Shown here: piece after piece, positions 11,900-25,450 of the stretch
Layout of the letters: every line of letters begins with the position of its first letter
Position numbering within the stretch: position 1 is the first letter of the stretch
Assembly: GCA_036172245.1 (NCBI GenBank)
Contig: JAYWIR010000009.1
Location: 496,001 to 560,000 of the forward strand
Source of the DNA: Raillietiella orientalis
Lineage: Eukaryota
Direction: 5' to 3'
Length of the DNA: 64,000 nt
Program-made: the position numbers and the translations under genes
The notes under the pieces: generated by a model
What the model was told of the DNA's origin: nothing
What the model saw: only the letters and a program-made list of their open reading frames with translations
Database searches by the model: none

Positions 11900-12950
11900 T
11901 TTCCCGGCTACTTTCGGGAAACCGAGATGCAAAAGAGACAGGCGAAAAGAAGTAGAACTCGCCTTTTTATCACGGCATAAATTTCGCAGTGCAGAAATCC
12001 TTTTTTAACAGGAAGGCATCTCGTCTTGACAAGGAAGGCAATACGCCAAGATTTACGGGAAACTTCCCGGTAAAACCTTCCCGGAGATTTGTCAAAAATG
12101 ACTAATTCATCCGAGTTTATGATGGTTTGCAGCGCAAGAAGCCGTACCGAACACTTTTCGTCTTGAGGAAGTTTGGAAAGTCTCAAGTGTTCCTTTTCCC
12201 AAGCAGATAAGAGGCAGGACCGAGCTCGTTAAGGAAAGAGGCAGTTCGCACGTGGTGAATCAGCATCCCACTAAATATTGGGAAGAGCAGCACCGAGGAC
12301 AGCTTTTTCCAAGACACCTCGAGTCCCGACGGCACGGGGGAGCGTCGCTTTGGCGCGCTCTCACGCACAAGAAAAAGAGAAACACCCTCGGGTGCTCGCG
12401 CACATTCCCGCAGCGTTGCAGCAATTTTGCCTTCAAGGACGCATCGTCTTATTCTCCCTTTTTTCCGGACAGCTCCTGAGAGAGTCCTCGGCACTGCCAC
12501 CGGTTCCTTCTTGGAATCCAGCGGCGGACCGCTCGGCGCCTTCCGTTTTGGCGAAAATCCTCGGCGTCTGCGGAGCCACTCCCGCGGTCGGCTCCATCGT
12601 AGGCTGCCTCCTGGACCGCAGACCTTTGTTAGCATCACCGGCTTCCTGCAGGAAGAGGAATTTTCAACCTCCCAGGCAGCGCGCGGCCGCAGGCGCTCCA
12701 CAGTTCTCCTTCTTGCGCGTTCGATCGCTTGCAGAATGCGTGGCCAAAGCAATCGCCAGCTGTAATTCAATCGGCGCTTTTGCTCCCTTCGGCAAATTGA
12801 ATTGGCACGGTCCTTGCAAGAGGGTTAAAAAGGTACTCCTTGCTCAAACCATGCGAACATTTCATAAATTTCCCCCCTTCCTCCCGATTTCCGGATTTTC
12901 ATCCAGCGTTCCGGATGAGAACGCAAATTTTTTCCCTCCTCGAGCTGCAC
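11900..12950 (-). pseudogene. NACHT pseudogene
   Basis: ENPEIGRKGG, KFLFLQEAGD, KKLSSVLLFPIFSGML, VRLLALQTIINSDELVIFD, AFLVKTRCLPVKKGFLHCEIYAV (F.H.S.QE-like). Confidence 0.55.
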
Positions 12951-13499
12951 ATGCTTGAGCCTTGGAAGGAATTGAAATTTCGACACGAGCATCCCAACAG
13001 ACACTCGAAGATGGACTAGCACGATTGCAGCAATCCCGTCTCGCAGTTGACGGAACACCATCGAGAGATGGAACATCTCTCCGTGAATTCACAACTGCAG
13101 AGCTCACGTTTCCGGGGTGACTCCTTCCTCATTGCTCGGCATCTACCCGGTGCCGCAGTGTTCAGAAACCAAGACGAATTCTCCGAGTCCCTCGCGCGCT
13201 GTGCAGTGGTCGGAGGGACAGAGGGTTGGCTGGATCGGAACAGGCGCTCGCTGAAGGCCACTGGAAATCGATCCCCAGCCGAAATCTCGGATGCGAACCT
13301 GAAAGGGAAGAGGTGGAGGAGGGATGTTTCTACCGGGGACGAGTCAAAGGAGTGGAGGGATCCCTGCTCGCACGTATTCCAGCTCGGACTAGAAGCTCAG
13401 GGGGGACAGCGCGAGTGCAGTCGATGGACGGCCACGTCAGGAAGGTGGTGGCAAGGTGGCCGATCGAATGTCCTGCTTCCCTGATCCCCTCTTCGGGAG

Positions 13500-15250
13500 A
13501 CTGAAATCTTCTCCTCGCCTGCGAAGGTGCTCACGGGAAAGTTGTGCTTCCGATGCTTCTGGAAACTGTTCTCCCGCTGCGCTCGGCTTCGGCCTTGCCT
13601 ACTGGGCAATATTACAGAGAGGCATCAACAGCGTGGTCCAGGGCGAACCAGATGCCTCATCTGCGCAGGGCACTCGCAAAAGAACAGGTCAGGTTTCTGT
13701 TCGGTTCCATACAAACCACACAGAAAGGGGGATTGCAATCGAGGGTCACGTCAACTCTCTGGTGGGCTCGTGCCAGGAAAAGGTTAGCACTGCAAAGGGG
13801 AGGAAGCGCACGTTTCGTCTGCGCACCTCGCGAAGGTGGTCAGACGTAGGGGTCTCTCTTGTCGAAGAGACTGCTGCCTGCCACAGCTTCGCGCCAGCAG
13901 CGAACCGCTCGGCACCTTCCGTTTTGGCGAAAATTCTCGGCATCTGCGGAGCCACTCCCGCGATCGGCTCCATCGTAGGCTGCTTCCTGGAACGCGAGCC
14001 TTTGCTAACATCACCGGTTTCCTGCAGGGATAAGGATGGGCAAGGTACAATTCAAGGGCAATGGGGAACAAAAAGTCGGCCAAAAGAAGAGCGGTATTGA
14101 GTGTTGCCACAGGAGGCAAGGCACTGATGCCCGGTTGAAAGACGGGGTCTACTTGTTTATGCAATGTGCAGGTCATTTGTTTTTTGCGCACGCGGAAGTC
14201 AAGTACCGAGCTTTGGACGTGGGTGCAAGGGAGCTGCTGCTACCCTTTGGCTCCCGCTGCAGAGGAATACTCGCCATCCGACAGCTTGCATGGGGGGCGA
14301 TGGCTCTTCGCCCATGTGGCCACAGTCTCCGCGGACGTGCCTTTTTTCTCGCGGGCTGGAACCGGCGTTGGCTGCGCAGGAAACCCTAGTGCAACAGGAG
14401 GGGAAGCAAGGAGACGCTTTCTGCTGCCAGAGATTCGTGCACTCGCACTGCTTGGTCCGCAAGCTCGGACTCCGGGAATCTTCTTAGTTTCGATGAAAAA
14501 GACCGCCGCTTCATCCCCGGGAGCGAAAAGGCGGAAATCCGCAAGAGCGGCGCGCAACGAGATCCATCCCCACCTTCCATGCAGCCCCCCCGCGAATGCG
14601 AAGAGTGTTGATTCTTCGTGGATGCACCCTCGAAGGACGCATGAACTCTGGGTGCATTTATGATTCACAAGGAGTTCGCAAAAACAGGTAGCTGCTATGG
14701 ATGCAAAATCGAGAGCTTTGGGTTGCCTCCATAGTCACCTGGTTCCGTGGTCAATTATTTGTTGGGGCAGGGACTCTGTCGGGTAGGTTTGAGCCGTGAA
14801 GGAGGCACTGAGATTCGGATCTTCCAGTTCTGTTTCTGTTATGACCAGTGGATTTCGGTGAGGACGCAAGTCTCTTCCACTCGGGTGCAGACACTCCGTA
14901 AAAACACGCACAGTACCCTTTTCCGACCCCTTCCAGCGAATCGAAACGCTTCTTGAAGCTCGTCTCGAACCAAAGCAAACGGAACGAATCTTCACTACAT
15001 CCAATGCTTCAGTACTCCGCCTTGCTTGATGGTGCTAGCTAATGGAGACATGGACCGCTCCTGTTGCGGTTGAGTTGCTTCTGTCCTCGGAAATGTTAAC
15101 GATCTTGAAGTTCTATGGTCAAATTGGTGCCTGGGTCAGCTTCGTGAACTCTGAATCCAAGATTAAGAAAACATAGCAGCGTCTCCTCCAAGGCGGTTGC
15201 TCATCTGATGGAGCAATCTTCTGGACATTTGTCCATCACGTGTCGTTCCC
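13500..15250 (-). pseudogene. Death domain + NACHT remnant
   Basis: DD-like MSRRLLHQMSNRLGGDAAMF/LNLGFRVHE (15140-15230); RVFLCSGSQRV; 135-bp paralogy with the neighbouring cassette (13894-14028 vs 12518-12652). Confidence 0.4.
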
Positions 15251-15899
15251 TTAGGGAAACCAGACGCACGGCGTGAAGCTGCAAGTGACATCAGATCTTT
15301 ACTTCCAGCATCATTCTTCAGAGTTTACGGAGCTGACCGTATGGGATCCCATTTGCGTTCCCGTAAATGGTTAGTGCCTCCCTGCCTACTTGAAACGTGA
15401 AGAGATGTGTCGTTCTATGACAGATCTTGGTTTGGGCTGCAGGGACCTTGAAAATGGTAGATTAGGAGAGTCTGTGCTTCTGAGAGTAGTCGACTGATGA
15501 TTCTGATATGCTCTTAGTTACCGTGCCGGTCGCATCCATCTGATGAGTTTCACTCGTTTTCGTTTTGATACTCAAAGGATTCAATGATCAGCCGCCTCCA
15601 TCTGGTTGCATGAAAATAAGCAGGAGTGGAAGGGAATTCCAGTAAGCGGAAGCAAAAATCGAACTTTGGATGCTTTGGACGCCATTTCTTTTCAAGTGCT
15701 TGCGTCGAGTTTCGGGATGACAAGCACAGGGGTTCGCAGGCATCAGGTACACCGGTAAAACTGAAGATCACAATTTCTGGAAAACGCACACGGGCTTTCC
15801 AAGATGCGGTCGACGACAGAAGACATCGCCTCTTGCATGGACCATCAGTCAGGCAAACAACAGTTTCTTCACCGTCAGTGAACGCAATGATCTGTCCAG

Positions 15900-17500
15900 A
15901 CGATCCTAGAAAACTGCGTTAGTTCCTCCGATCCCATGTTGCATTCACTCGAATGCAGCATCTGCATGTGCCCATTCCTCTTAGAAGAGGTCTCTCTTCT
16001 AAGAACTTTTGATTGCCTGCGATCACGTCAGGAAGCACAGGCCCTGCAGGGTTGATTCGATGGCTCTCGAATGTTCTCGCGAAACTCTTCCTTAATTTTA
16101 TCGGTTTCTCTAATCGAAAAAAAGGAGGAAACAAACGAAACAAACAAAACAAGCAGTGAGGGTGCTTTGCTGATCATCAAGTGGAGCTGAAAACTCGTGA
16201 CTTCGTCATCTGAACATGCTGTGTGTGTGTGTTTCCGCTTACAGGACGACGCCCATCCCTGGGGATCTGGTGTAGCAAGATTCCTCCTTCTCTGCGCTTG
16301 ATAAGTGCTACTTCTTTCGTCACTTACTTGCTTCTTCGTGGTTTGTCCGATGCCGTGGCGAGTCGATCTTCCTTGAACCTTTCGTTGCTTTCCCATGTCG
16401 TCCCGCGGAAGACTTTCGAGGAGTATTCGACGCGGAATGTCAAAAACACATAGACGCAGTGCACCGGATGACATCCGCAAAGACGACTCACCCTCCTGTG
16501 ACATTCAGCTGCCCTGACCGCGAAGCGCTTTCCTGAAAACAGAGTTCTCATCCAGCTCTACGACACGGAACTATGGAATGGGTGGTCCGCCAACTTCTGT
16601 GTAAGGGGGTAGGGAAGGAGTGATCCAGGAGTAGGTGACTTGCAAGGCCCTCCAGCCCCGTGAGGACCTTGATCTCGAGAATGGGAACACTCTTGCATGC
16701 TCTGCATTTTGCAAACTCCTTTCTTCGAACCCGTCTCAGCCGCCTGTCTGGGCGCTGTTTGTTTTCCTCGTTCTTGTTCGTTTGCTCTCTTTTCTCTTGA
16801 CCATGCCGATTCCTGCAATTTGTGGGGCCTGCTTGAATCGCAGACTCCCAATCGAGATGAATTCACTCTGATTTTCTTCCCACGAAATCCAGGGAAAATT
16901 CCTTCTCCTCTGTACATTCTCATCCGAATTCAGAGCACGAAATTATCGAGAGTATCCTCTACAGTTCTCCCCGTCTGGCCACGCTGCCGGAAGCGCGTCA
17001 ACAGCTGCTCGTCCTAAATGGTGACCCAAGATGTATCTCCGGTATGCCCCGCGGCTGCTCCCCATTTTGTACGCGCATCATCCGTGGCTCTCTTCGCGTT
17101 CTCCCTCTTTCGCGCGCGGAATCCGGAAGTTGGCTGAGCACCTCGTTGTTCCTTGAGTCCCGGACTCCCGGAGACCGCACTGCAAGCCCATCCCCGGCGA
17201 ACGGGAGGTGCACTTCCTTCGATTCGGTCTTCGTTCTCTGCCGCGCTCCTCCGGATGCTGCTCTCGGGACATCGAAGCGCGCGCGAGCTCGGCTTCTCTT
17301 CTGGAGCACCGGATGGGGGACGCGGTCCCTCGTCGCCTCCCGGAAGTGAGCTGGTCGCCAGCTGGCTCCCGTCTTCCCCTGCACATTTTCTCGATGAGGT
17401 CTGACCGTGCCCGCTGCTGAAGACGCTGGAATTCCGCACGCAGACGTTTATGGTCGAAGGGCTGTGCCCACACAGAACGCCACCTGTGTGCCCATTGCAT
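15900..17500 (-). pseudogene. NACHT pseudogene
   Basis: Shares 16984-17481 with the 3250-5220 cassette; continues GEGIFPGFRGKKIR and GSLLPYPLTQKLADHPFHSSVS*. Confidence 0.5.
16984..17481. repeat. Near-identical direct repeat A, copy 2
   Basis: Matches 4269-4766; the ORF-track translations are identical. Confidence 0.95.
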
Positions 17501-17539
17501 CCCTCACGGGCGGCCGTGAGGTTTAGCAGGAGAAGAGTG

Positions 17540-18100
17540 AGACGTCTTTGTAGATACCTTTTTGTTTTCGGCCCAAAGCAGCTGGCCGTTCCATTCAAAT
17601 TATCTACAGAATTGTTTCCACAATAGAGGTTTACACAAGAAGATCACGAATGGACTTATCATTAGGGTCAAAAGAGCACTTCTCTGGAAAGCAGATTCAG
17701 TATTATTATTAGCTCACCCAGCCTTTGTATCTAATCAAAGATTGATCAACGTCATTAGTTAAGTAACAGTCCCTTTGTGGACAGATTGCCGGAAGGAAAT
17801 GAGCCGGAATGAAGTTTGCGACTTGCTTCTGATTCAGAATGTCCTTGGACTGTCCTTCCCTGACCGACGACTATCAGATAGCTAAAGCAGGTGAACCTTC
17901 CTGGCGCAAGCACGGACACCTGGATTCCGACTTCATCGCAAGATCTTCCAGAGAAAAACAAACAGCATTCTTTCCAGTCAGCTTGGGAAAACTTCTAGGA
18001 GATGAAGGAAGAGAGTGCTTCAGAATCAGCTATGGCTTCCAATATTTCCAACTATCTTTCCAAACTATTGTCAAAATTCCACAGCACCTGTAGCATGATT
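17540..18100 (+). pseudogene. NACHT C-terminal (winged-helix) remnant
   Basis: HNRGLHKKITNGLII, QIAKAG, VSLGKLLGDEGRECFRISYGFQYFQLSFQTI. Confidence 0.38.
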
Positions 18101-18159
18101 GGAGCTGGCCAAATAGAAGCGAGAATAGCTTTCTAAAGGTTCCAGCCGATAAATTTTCC

Positions 18160-18265
18160 TCCGGAGCCTTCCTGGTGGATTCATAGGGTGGTCCCTTCTC
18201 GGATGAGTCCCTATAGCTTGAGGAGTTACACGCACCCTCGGGTGGCGTGGACGGTGTTACCCCCC
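18160..18265 (+). mobile_element. SINE 3' fragment, copy 2
   Basis: ggattcataggg...gagttacacgcaccctcgggtggcgtggacggtgtta matches the 3' ends at about 9560-9640 and 41515-41592. Confidence 0.6.
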
Positions 18266-18649
18266 CAAGGGGGCGAACTGTTTCTTGAGCTTGACTGTTC
18301 CAGAAAGGCGCACTGGGGACTGCGATGTTTCCCGTTGGCGCTCTCCATCTCTGCGAAACCACATCGAGCGCACAAAGAACCGTAAAGTGCAGTGCCTGAA
18401 TTCTCTCACTCGGCTCCGCGATAACAGCGTACTTGACAAAGGCACTCTCATGATGGATGAGTGTCCTACGAAGCCCGAGGACATTACGGGAACAGTATCG
18501 ACTTCCCCTCCCCTTCCTTTCTCTCTCTCTCTCCCTCCCTCCCTCTCTGTAGCACGCCTTGGTTCCTGGTTAGCCTTTGCTTCAGGATCTCAACTAATCG
18601 CTCGCTTATTCTTTCTATTTATTTTGGAGCTCCGGTCGGGTTCTCGTTG

Positions 18650-19500
18650 ATCGCGTTAGACTTTGCGGCATTCGTGCGATTCCTCGGGGTTTGATGGTCA
18701 CTCGAAAACCTTTGGGGGTGCGGAAAGTGATCAGCAACTGAAGAAACTTGTGGTCCAGGAGTCTTGAGGAACTCTTTCGAAACGCGGAGAGATTTTCATT
18801 AGAGTTACTTAAGAACAAAGACGCACCGGGATTCGAACGGGACGTAGTGGAAGATGAGACCCTGACAGTCAGCGCAATGTCGTGGCACAAGGGTGAAAGA
18901 AAGTTCAGCAGAATCCATAGAAAACGTCTCTTTAGACGAGAGAGGTGAAGTCTTCCCTCTGTGTGCCAGGGAAAAACGTCAGAATGTGATCTTGTATTTT
19001 TGGAGCGTGATCTTCGGCGGGTTTTCCCAGAACAGATGCCTGACGTGTTCCTTTCAAAGTTGCGAGGCGTGCTGCAGGAGATCCCAGCTGCGGAAGGCAA
19101 TCATTCTATTGCTGCTTAACCTCTATAGAATGGAATCAGTAAACGGTTGCGTGGCTCCAACCAGCATCCAATCACGAATCAGTTTGCTTTTCATCCTTAC
19201 TTCTTCATCCAATTTTCAGCGCATTTTCATCCCTTTGGAGTCTTTGTCCGTTGAAGAAGATTTCGTTGGTGGTCGTTCAATATGAAAAATTCCTCTCGGA
19301 TTCTTCTTGAGGAATCGTTTACTGCCGAGCCTCACACCGACAGAGGAATTGCATGCTTTTCCACCTTGAGCATGCTCATATGACCTCCATTCTCTTGATT
19401 CCTATCGGCACCTGAGCTTTAATCGGATGCTGGATTTCGCATTTCAAGCACGAAATCTCTTCAAAATCCCTTTGGCCATATACCTGAAAAGCGATGAAGA
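18650..19500 (-). pseudogene. NACHT remnant
   Basis: FLSPLCHDIALTV and RLLDHKFLQLLITFR (HKSFQEFLAA-like) in ORF 18615..19100. Confidence 0.4.
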
Positions 19501-20299
19501 AGAATTTACCAACTACAGTACGGCAGCTGAAGTTGCGTGGTACTGCTCATTTTAGGGACTGCCTTCTCGTTCTCATTGACCTCTGAGATCAACTTCAGTG
19601 GATTGCCATTGATTGATCATAGCAATTATGCTTCCATCTTTGCGTTGCTCAATTCACACAGCTGCCTCCGGAATATGAGACTTCCAATCCTGTCAGTTTT
19701 CCTTAGATGATACTCGGGTTCCTTTTTTTTTCTTCTCTTTTTCCACCTTCTCTGCTTTTCATAATTGGTCCAAATTTGGGTAATCGCATCTTCTGGATCG
19801 CTGTTTGCTCGGTCCAACTCGTGGGATGCGGAGAAGCTGCTTGAAAAAGCAAAGGCGTTTTACTTTTATGGCATGAAATGGTGCTTTAGCGGCGCAGTTT
19901 CTGCAGCTGTCCCTTTTTTCATATCGGTTCAATTTTTCGTTATTTTCCTTATGATAGAAGATCCTGTTGTTGCTATTCCCGCTGATCGGATGCGAATGTG
20001 CTCGCCAATTAGCTTCTCAGGATCCGCGGTGGGATGCAGCGCAAGCATCTCGAAACGGAAGTCAGATTCCATCTATGCCAACAGGCATTCACAGAAGCGG
20101 CGCAAAGACGCGTCCATTTCCTTGTTTCGCGGCAGGATGACCTGGATCACACCAGGACAATCAGGCCGAGTGGACCGAAAATTAGCCTGCAAAATCAGCC
20201 TCGAAAGTGTGCTGCTGTCGTCTGTAGTTATCTTCCCTTGTTGTGTCATCCAGACGAGTCCCAGTAACATGTAAGAGCTCAGGAAACAGCCATGAGATG

Positions 20300-21930
20300 A
20301 TCCCTTCAGGAACATCGACCACTTTGCTTTTATGGCACACACACACACAGTCTCCAATAAACTGGAAGGATTTTTGAAAGTTTACGCTCTGATTCCCAAG
20401 CTTTGTGAAAGGATGCTCGATTCGGATGCCCCGCGCGAATATCTTTGGAAGGACACAGAAATTCTATGGGCTGCCGAGCAAATGGCTCATTGGTTTTAAA
20501 TAGGGAGCGTTTCAGCAGAATCATTCTGCTTCGGTTCCCTTGATTTGGAACTTTGCTTTTGCAGAGCATCTCCACCTCGCTGATTATAATGACTAATAAT
20601 CTCCGTACAATACAGATTGCAACTTGGAAGCTCAAAAAAGGGTTCGTCTCTTTGTCTCAGTAGCCATCGCCTAGTGAACCTCGGATTCAAAACCTATTTT
20701 CTCCGTGGTCACTGCTTCTCATAGCGCAGATTTAGATCAGTCGGCAAGACAGCTCTGTTTTTGTGAATCTCCACTTTCTTCGACTTTCAAGCCTTTCGAT
20801 AGCTGTTGCTGTGGGAACCTTGGACGTTGCTGAGCAACGATGCTCACCCTGCTGCCATTCAAAATGCGCATGAAGCAGCAAAGTGAGACAGATTGAGAAT
20901 GATTTCTGAGGATACCTGAATTTAGATGTCCTGCCTCTCGTCGCTGCTTCGAAAGCACAGCAGATTCTTCGGAACTTCCTGATATGCGGGAAAGTTTGAT
21001 CAAAAAATCATACTGAGAAAGCAACTTCATGGATGCTATTTTTCAAATTCATCTGACGTCATCAGGAATTTCCTCTTGGGTTTGATGTGATCACCGAGCA
21101 AAGAATAGCAAAAGCACTGCTGATTCGATTTCCGAAGAGTTTTTTGGAGTTCGTGTAGAAGCATCGCGCACCAACTATCAGCATGGCTTTCATCTTCATC
21201 TGCATCTTTCCTCCTCGTTTTTCTCTCCATGAACATTCCACCTTTGCATGTAAATGTTGACGGGAATCTGGTCTGGCGAATCCCCCATACATCCCGCGGT
21301 GAAAAATGCTCTCCCTGGATTCGTGTTTTCGTTTATTTCCGCTTAGGGGGATGCAGGTTTTTTGTCTGGCCAATGGAAACGTAGTCTCTTCCGTGATGTG
21401 GGCAAGGCTCATTTTACCTATCCCCTGCTAGGGAGCACGAGGTCGATTCATTCTGGAAGGGTGATGCGCTGACATTGGCATTGAGTTGCATTCCTTTCTT
21501 ACTTCTCCATTGGTTACGCGAAGGTCACCCACCACTTCGGACAGCGATGAAAATGGCAACTTTTAACGCGGACTTGGCTGTGAGAACGCAGTGGGGGAAG
21601 GGGGGAGGGATCCAGGAAGAGCTCATTTTGTTTAAAACAATTTCTCGAAGGTTCGACTCCATTATCCATTCCACGCGACTTGTTCTCTGAATCGGTCAGC
21701 AGCATCTCCGGAATTCTGCTGCTGATGCTTCCTCGTAATGGCGCATATCAAGAGAAATGCTGGCGGCATTCTTCCCAGGTATTAGGTTGACGTCACTGCT
21801 TTCGTAGACGAATACTCAACACCCACGTTTATCCGTGGAAGTCCAATTAACCATGCTTTTGCTCAAAGGAGAAATGAACGGTCGTGACTGAGAGTAGTGG
21901 GGACATCCTGGAAGAACTCCAGGGAGTATG
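20300..21930 (-). pseudogene. NACHT pseudogene
   Basis: VYESSDVNLIPGKNAASISLDM, FPLARQKTCIP, MYGGFARPDSRQHL, LRKSNQQCFCYSL, FLIKLSRISG, LNSGILRNHSQSVSLCCFM in NACHT order. Confidence 0.5.
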
Positions 21931-23580
21931 CTCAAGATCCGCAGAGAAAAAACAAAACAAAACATCCAGCTGATACTTCAGCCTGAGATATATTTTTTTT
22001 CACACGGAGCTTCGAAGAACACCGATTCCTACTTATTCCGGAAGTCAAGGTGTGCTCTCTCTGAGGAATTTCGGATTCGCTTTCACGGATTCCATCTGTC
22101 TCTTTGAAGTCGTCTAAACCACGAAACTCCATACAGCGAAGAGATGCGCGTGCAACGGGAACATCACTTTTCCTATACTCTCGATTTCCGTGCTTCTTCC
22201 AGTTGGTCCATGGAGCAAGCTCCGAGTTTCCGAACGCATCTTTCTGTGGTTCCCGCTTTCCATTAGGAACCGTTTGTATGCAGTCTCAGCTTCCAGTCAA
22301 GATGCTAGGATGAATGCATCCGTGATTTGTTCAGGAGGAGAGCACCAGCGAACGGAGGACCACTGGCTAATGAAACCGCGTGTACTGTACTTTCACTGGT
22401 AATTGCAAATCTGTTTCATCAGTTCTCACTTCTCCTGCTGTCATTCTTCCGTTCCTCTGCCTTGTTTTGCCTCTGAACTTCGGAACATTTGATTTGCTGG
22501 AGTATCCCTGAAAAATGCAGTGGGAATGCAGAGTCATTACCCACATTATGCGGCTCAGCTAGGTTTGGAATCAAGATTAGAAACGATGTGGAATCCATAT
22601 TGAAAGTTTATCTAATAAACTTTGGCTCACTTGATGACCACGGAGGAAAAAACAAATGGGACGAGTTTCATAGAGCCATTCAATCAGCTCTCGAGGCGTG
22701 TCCCCCTCCCCGCCCCCATTTCTCCTAGCATCTTCCTCAGTTACTGTGGTTATTACTGAAATTTATTGTTTCATTGAAGGCATAACCTTTCAATTCACAG
22801 AGTGTTTGCACCGCCTAATAATCTCATCGAATTGAATGCTTTATGGGCATTTCAGGATTTCCGTGTGCCTATTTTATTCCTCATTATTGCTACAACGCAT
22901 GAAAGTCCCCATTTCCCCCAACTAAACTATTCACTGACTCGTCCGAAAGGATTCTCAGTTACCTCCCTTCAAAGGCGGGAGATTTTTCTTTGGCTACACT
23001 GCCTCAGGCTTTGACAGCGTAAGAAGCTCATTTCAGGAACGAGACTTCCTTCGATGTGTCGAGATGCTCCATCAATGGCTCGACACCACTGGTTCCCAAG
23101 TGGCGCCCTCGATCTCTTCCGCATTTCCCTGCTCGCTGCAGCAGCTGAATGCCTGCAGCTTTGTTGACTCTCGGCGTTTGGATGATGCATGCATCATTTA
23201 TTTCGCTTCGTAGAAACCTTCCCTTAATATGCACACTCCTTACTTCGTAAATCAACAAGATAAATGAGAAGGCAACTGTGTTAACCGATTATTAGATCCG
23301 GAAAGGAGATGTGCAGACTCCATGGAGCGGGCATGAGTTGTTCGCGATTTCGCACAGTACACAAGAATTTGCGTACACAAACATGGGTCCGCCAAAGCAA
23401 AGCACGGTCAGTCGCCGCGTACTTCCGAGTGCGAACTCAGATATCCTCCGCCGAGAAAGCAGTCGAGTGAAGATCGTGCTTAATGCAATTCATTTTTCAG
23501 TGCTGCTGAATCTGCCGGGTTAAATGGTCCAAACAGACGAGGAATGAAGACAACGCAGGTTTCCGACTGAGGATACGGAA

Positions 23581-23943
23581 ATGAACCAAACGAGCCCAGA
23601 TGAAGCCAAAGACGTCAGACTGCAGCTTCTCACAGGAGCTCACACTGGCCAATTCCCAACGACTCCCAATAATATGAGTGATAGCAATTACGACCTCCAT
23701 GAAAGAGATGTGTATGACAGTTTATTCTACATCTACATCAGCAAATTCCCCGTTCACGAAAGAATCGCCGACAACGCCACCGTCATAATTTATGGCTCTT
23801 TGATATCGGTCCTGGTTTTGTTTGGCACCATTCTGTTCAAAGTATGGATGTCTCGTTTCGTTGTTTTGATAAGCAGTCCCGCCCTCCTTCACATGTTGAT
23901 TCTGCTCATATCCAGCAATGCATTTCTGATAATAGGCATCAAG
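23581..23943 (+). CDS. Adhesion/secretin-class (7tm_2-like) GPCR, coding exon 1 (short N-terminus, TM1-TM2)
   Basis: ATG at 23581 with an in-frame stop upstream (TGA 23545). Peptide HERIADNATVIIYGSLISVLVLFGTILF...LLHMLILLISSNAFLIIGIK resembles adhesion-GPCR TM1/TM2. Ends at AAG|GTAAGA donor, phase 0. An upstream coding exon via a weak acceptor at 23558 cannot be excluded. Confidence 0.75.
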
Positions 23944-24699
23944 GTAAGAATTTGCTTCTGTCAGTTCTCCTGGGTCTATCTTAGAAGTGTGGTGTGAAAG
24001 CTCTTCTGAGCTGTGGAGGCGTCTGCATCATTCCGTATGCTGGCAGCCTTCAGCGGGTTGTTGTTTTTCTTTTTCGATAGTGGGGCAGCACCTACACCTC
24101 TCTCTCGCTCTCTCTCCTGATCCAATTTCGCATTGCATGGGTGGTCGGAAAATGCAGGGCGGAAAATTTCCAGCGCGAAAATGGCCGCGGTTTTCACGCT
24201 GGGAAATTCATCTGGAAGAGATTCCAATCTGCGATTCCGCTGCCCGGTTCGCACCTCGCTGGCCGCAGATTTTCCGTTCGTTCATTTCGATCTTTCCCTA
24301 CGATCCGGCTCCACGGGAGAGCTTTCGAGCCGCAGCACCTTCGGGAGGCTCCGCGTGCTATTCGCGAGTCTTCCGGAGACCCACGGCAAGTGCACGCACG
24401 CAATACCCGTTTAGCGTAGGCTGGTATCCGAAGGGCTATGGTGCAGGGAATGGAAGAGACCGAATACGCAGGGAAATGCTTCCGACCCCAAGACGGAGAT
24501 GAAAACGGGTCACAAAACTCGAAGGTAACCAAGGCAACGCGCATCATTTCGAAAGTAGGCCATCTGCGAATCGGTGATAGGGGAACGTGTTTTGCTTTTA
24601 ATCACGTTTAGTAGAGTGGACCATCAAGCGAGATTCCACACATGTGAAGGACGCATGTGTAGTCGTCAGGGGACATACATGATGGGCAGAATCTCTGAT

Positions 24700-25450
24700 G
24701 GAAATTTCTGCTTCCAGTATGCCATTAATATTCCTAAAAGCCTCGAAATTTCGTTAAATGGCATTCCTACATTTATTAGGAAAGCTTGCAAGAAATGTAA
24801 ACAAATGACGACGTGCATGTGCGCGACCACTGCACGTGACAGCACAACTGATGGTGGTTGCAATGGGGGGGGGGGGGGATTACGGAACCTACGCCTATCG
24901 AAAGCTCCGTAGCTTCATGCAGCGCATATGTTTGCTTCCATTCCGACTTCCATCTTGCAGTAGAGCGAACCAGCAGTGCACGAATCGTGAATTTTATGAC
25001 GGATGCAGTTTCCGTTTTCGCTGAAACTTCGTGATCGGATTGCGTGAGATCCACAGAGAGTGGACAACTGCTGTGTGCCGCATAGGTATCCATGTATGTT
25101 ATCAAACTGAACACTCATAGGTATACATCGAGAGCAGCTGCTTTCAATCTTCCTGCGGGAAGAAAGAAGAGCATTCGCCAGTGTCAGCAGAGAACAAGAC
25201 CGATTGGCTTGGCTCCTTATAACTCTTGCTATATTCCATTCGCAGAGCCTCTTTGTTTCATCCCAAGGTTTCGCGGTCGTTCCCGTAGGCCAGTGTTCCA
25301 CCTTAGGATACGGAGTGGTGTGGATCTTCTTGCATCCTTGCAATGCTTGTTGTGTTTGGTACTGCTCCTCATGTTTCCGTATGTTGATGCTCCTGGATCC
25401 CTTCGTCAATTCATCCCATTTTATAGGAGCCCATATTGGGCCTTTGGGTG
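24700..25450 (-). pseudogene. NACHT C-terminal remnant inside GPCR intron 1
   Basis: QLSTLCGSHAIRSRSFSE; ALLVRSTARWKSEWKQTYALHEATELSIG. Confidence 0.38.
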
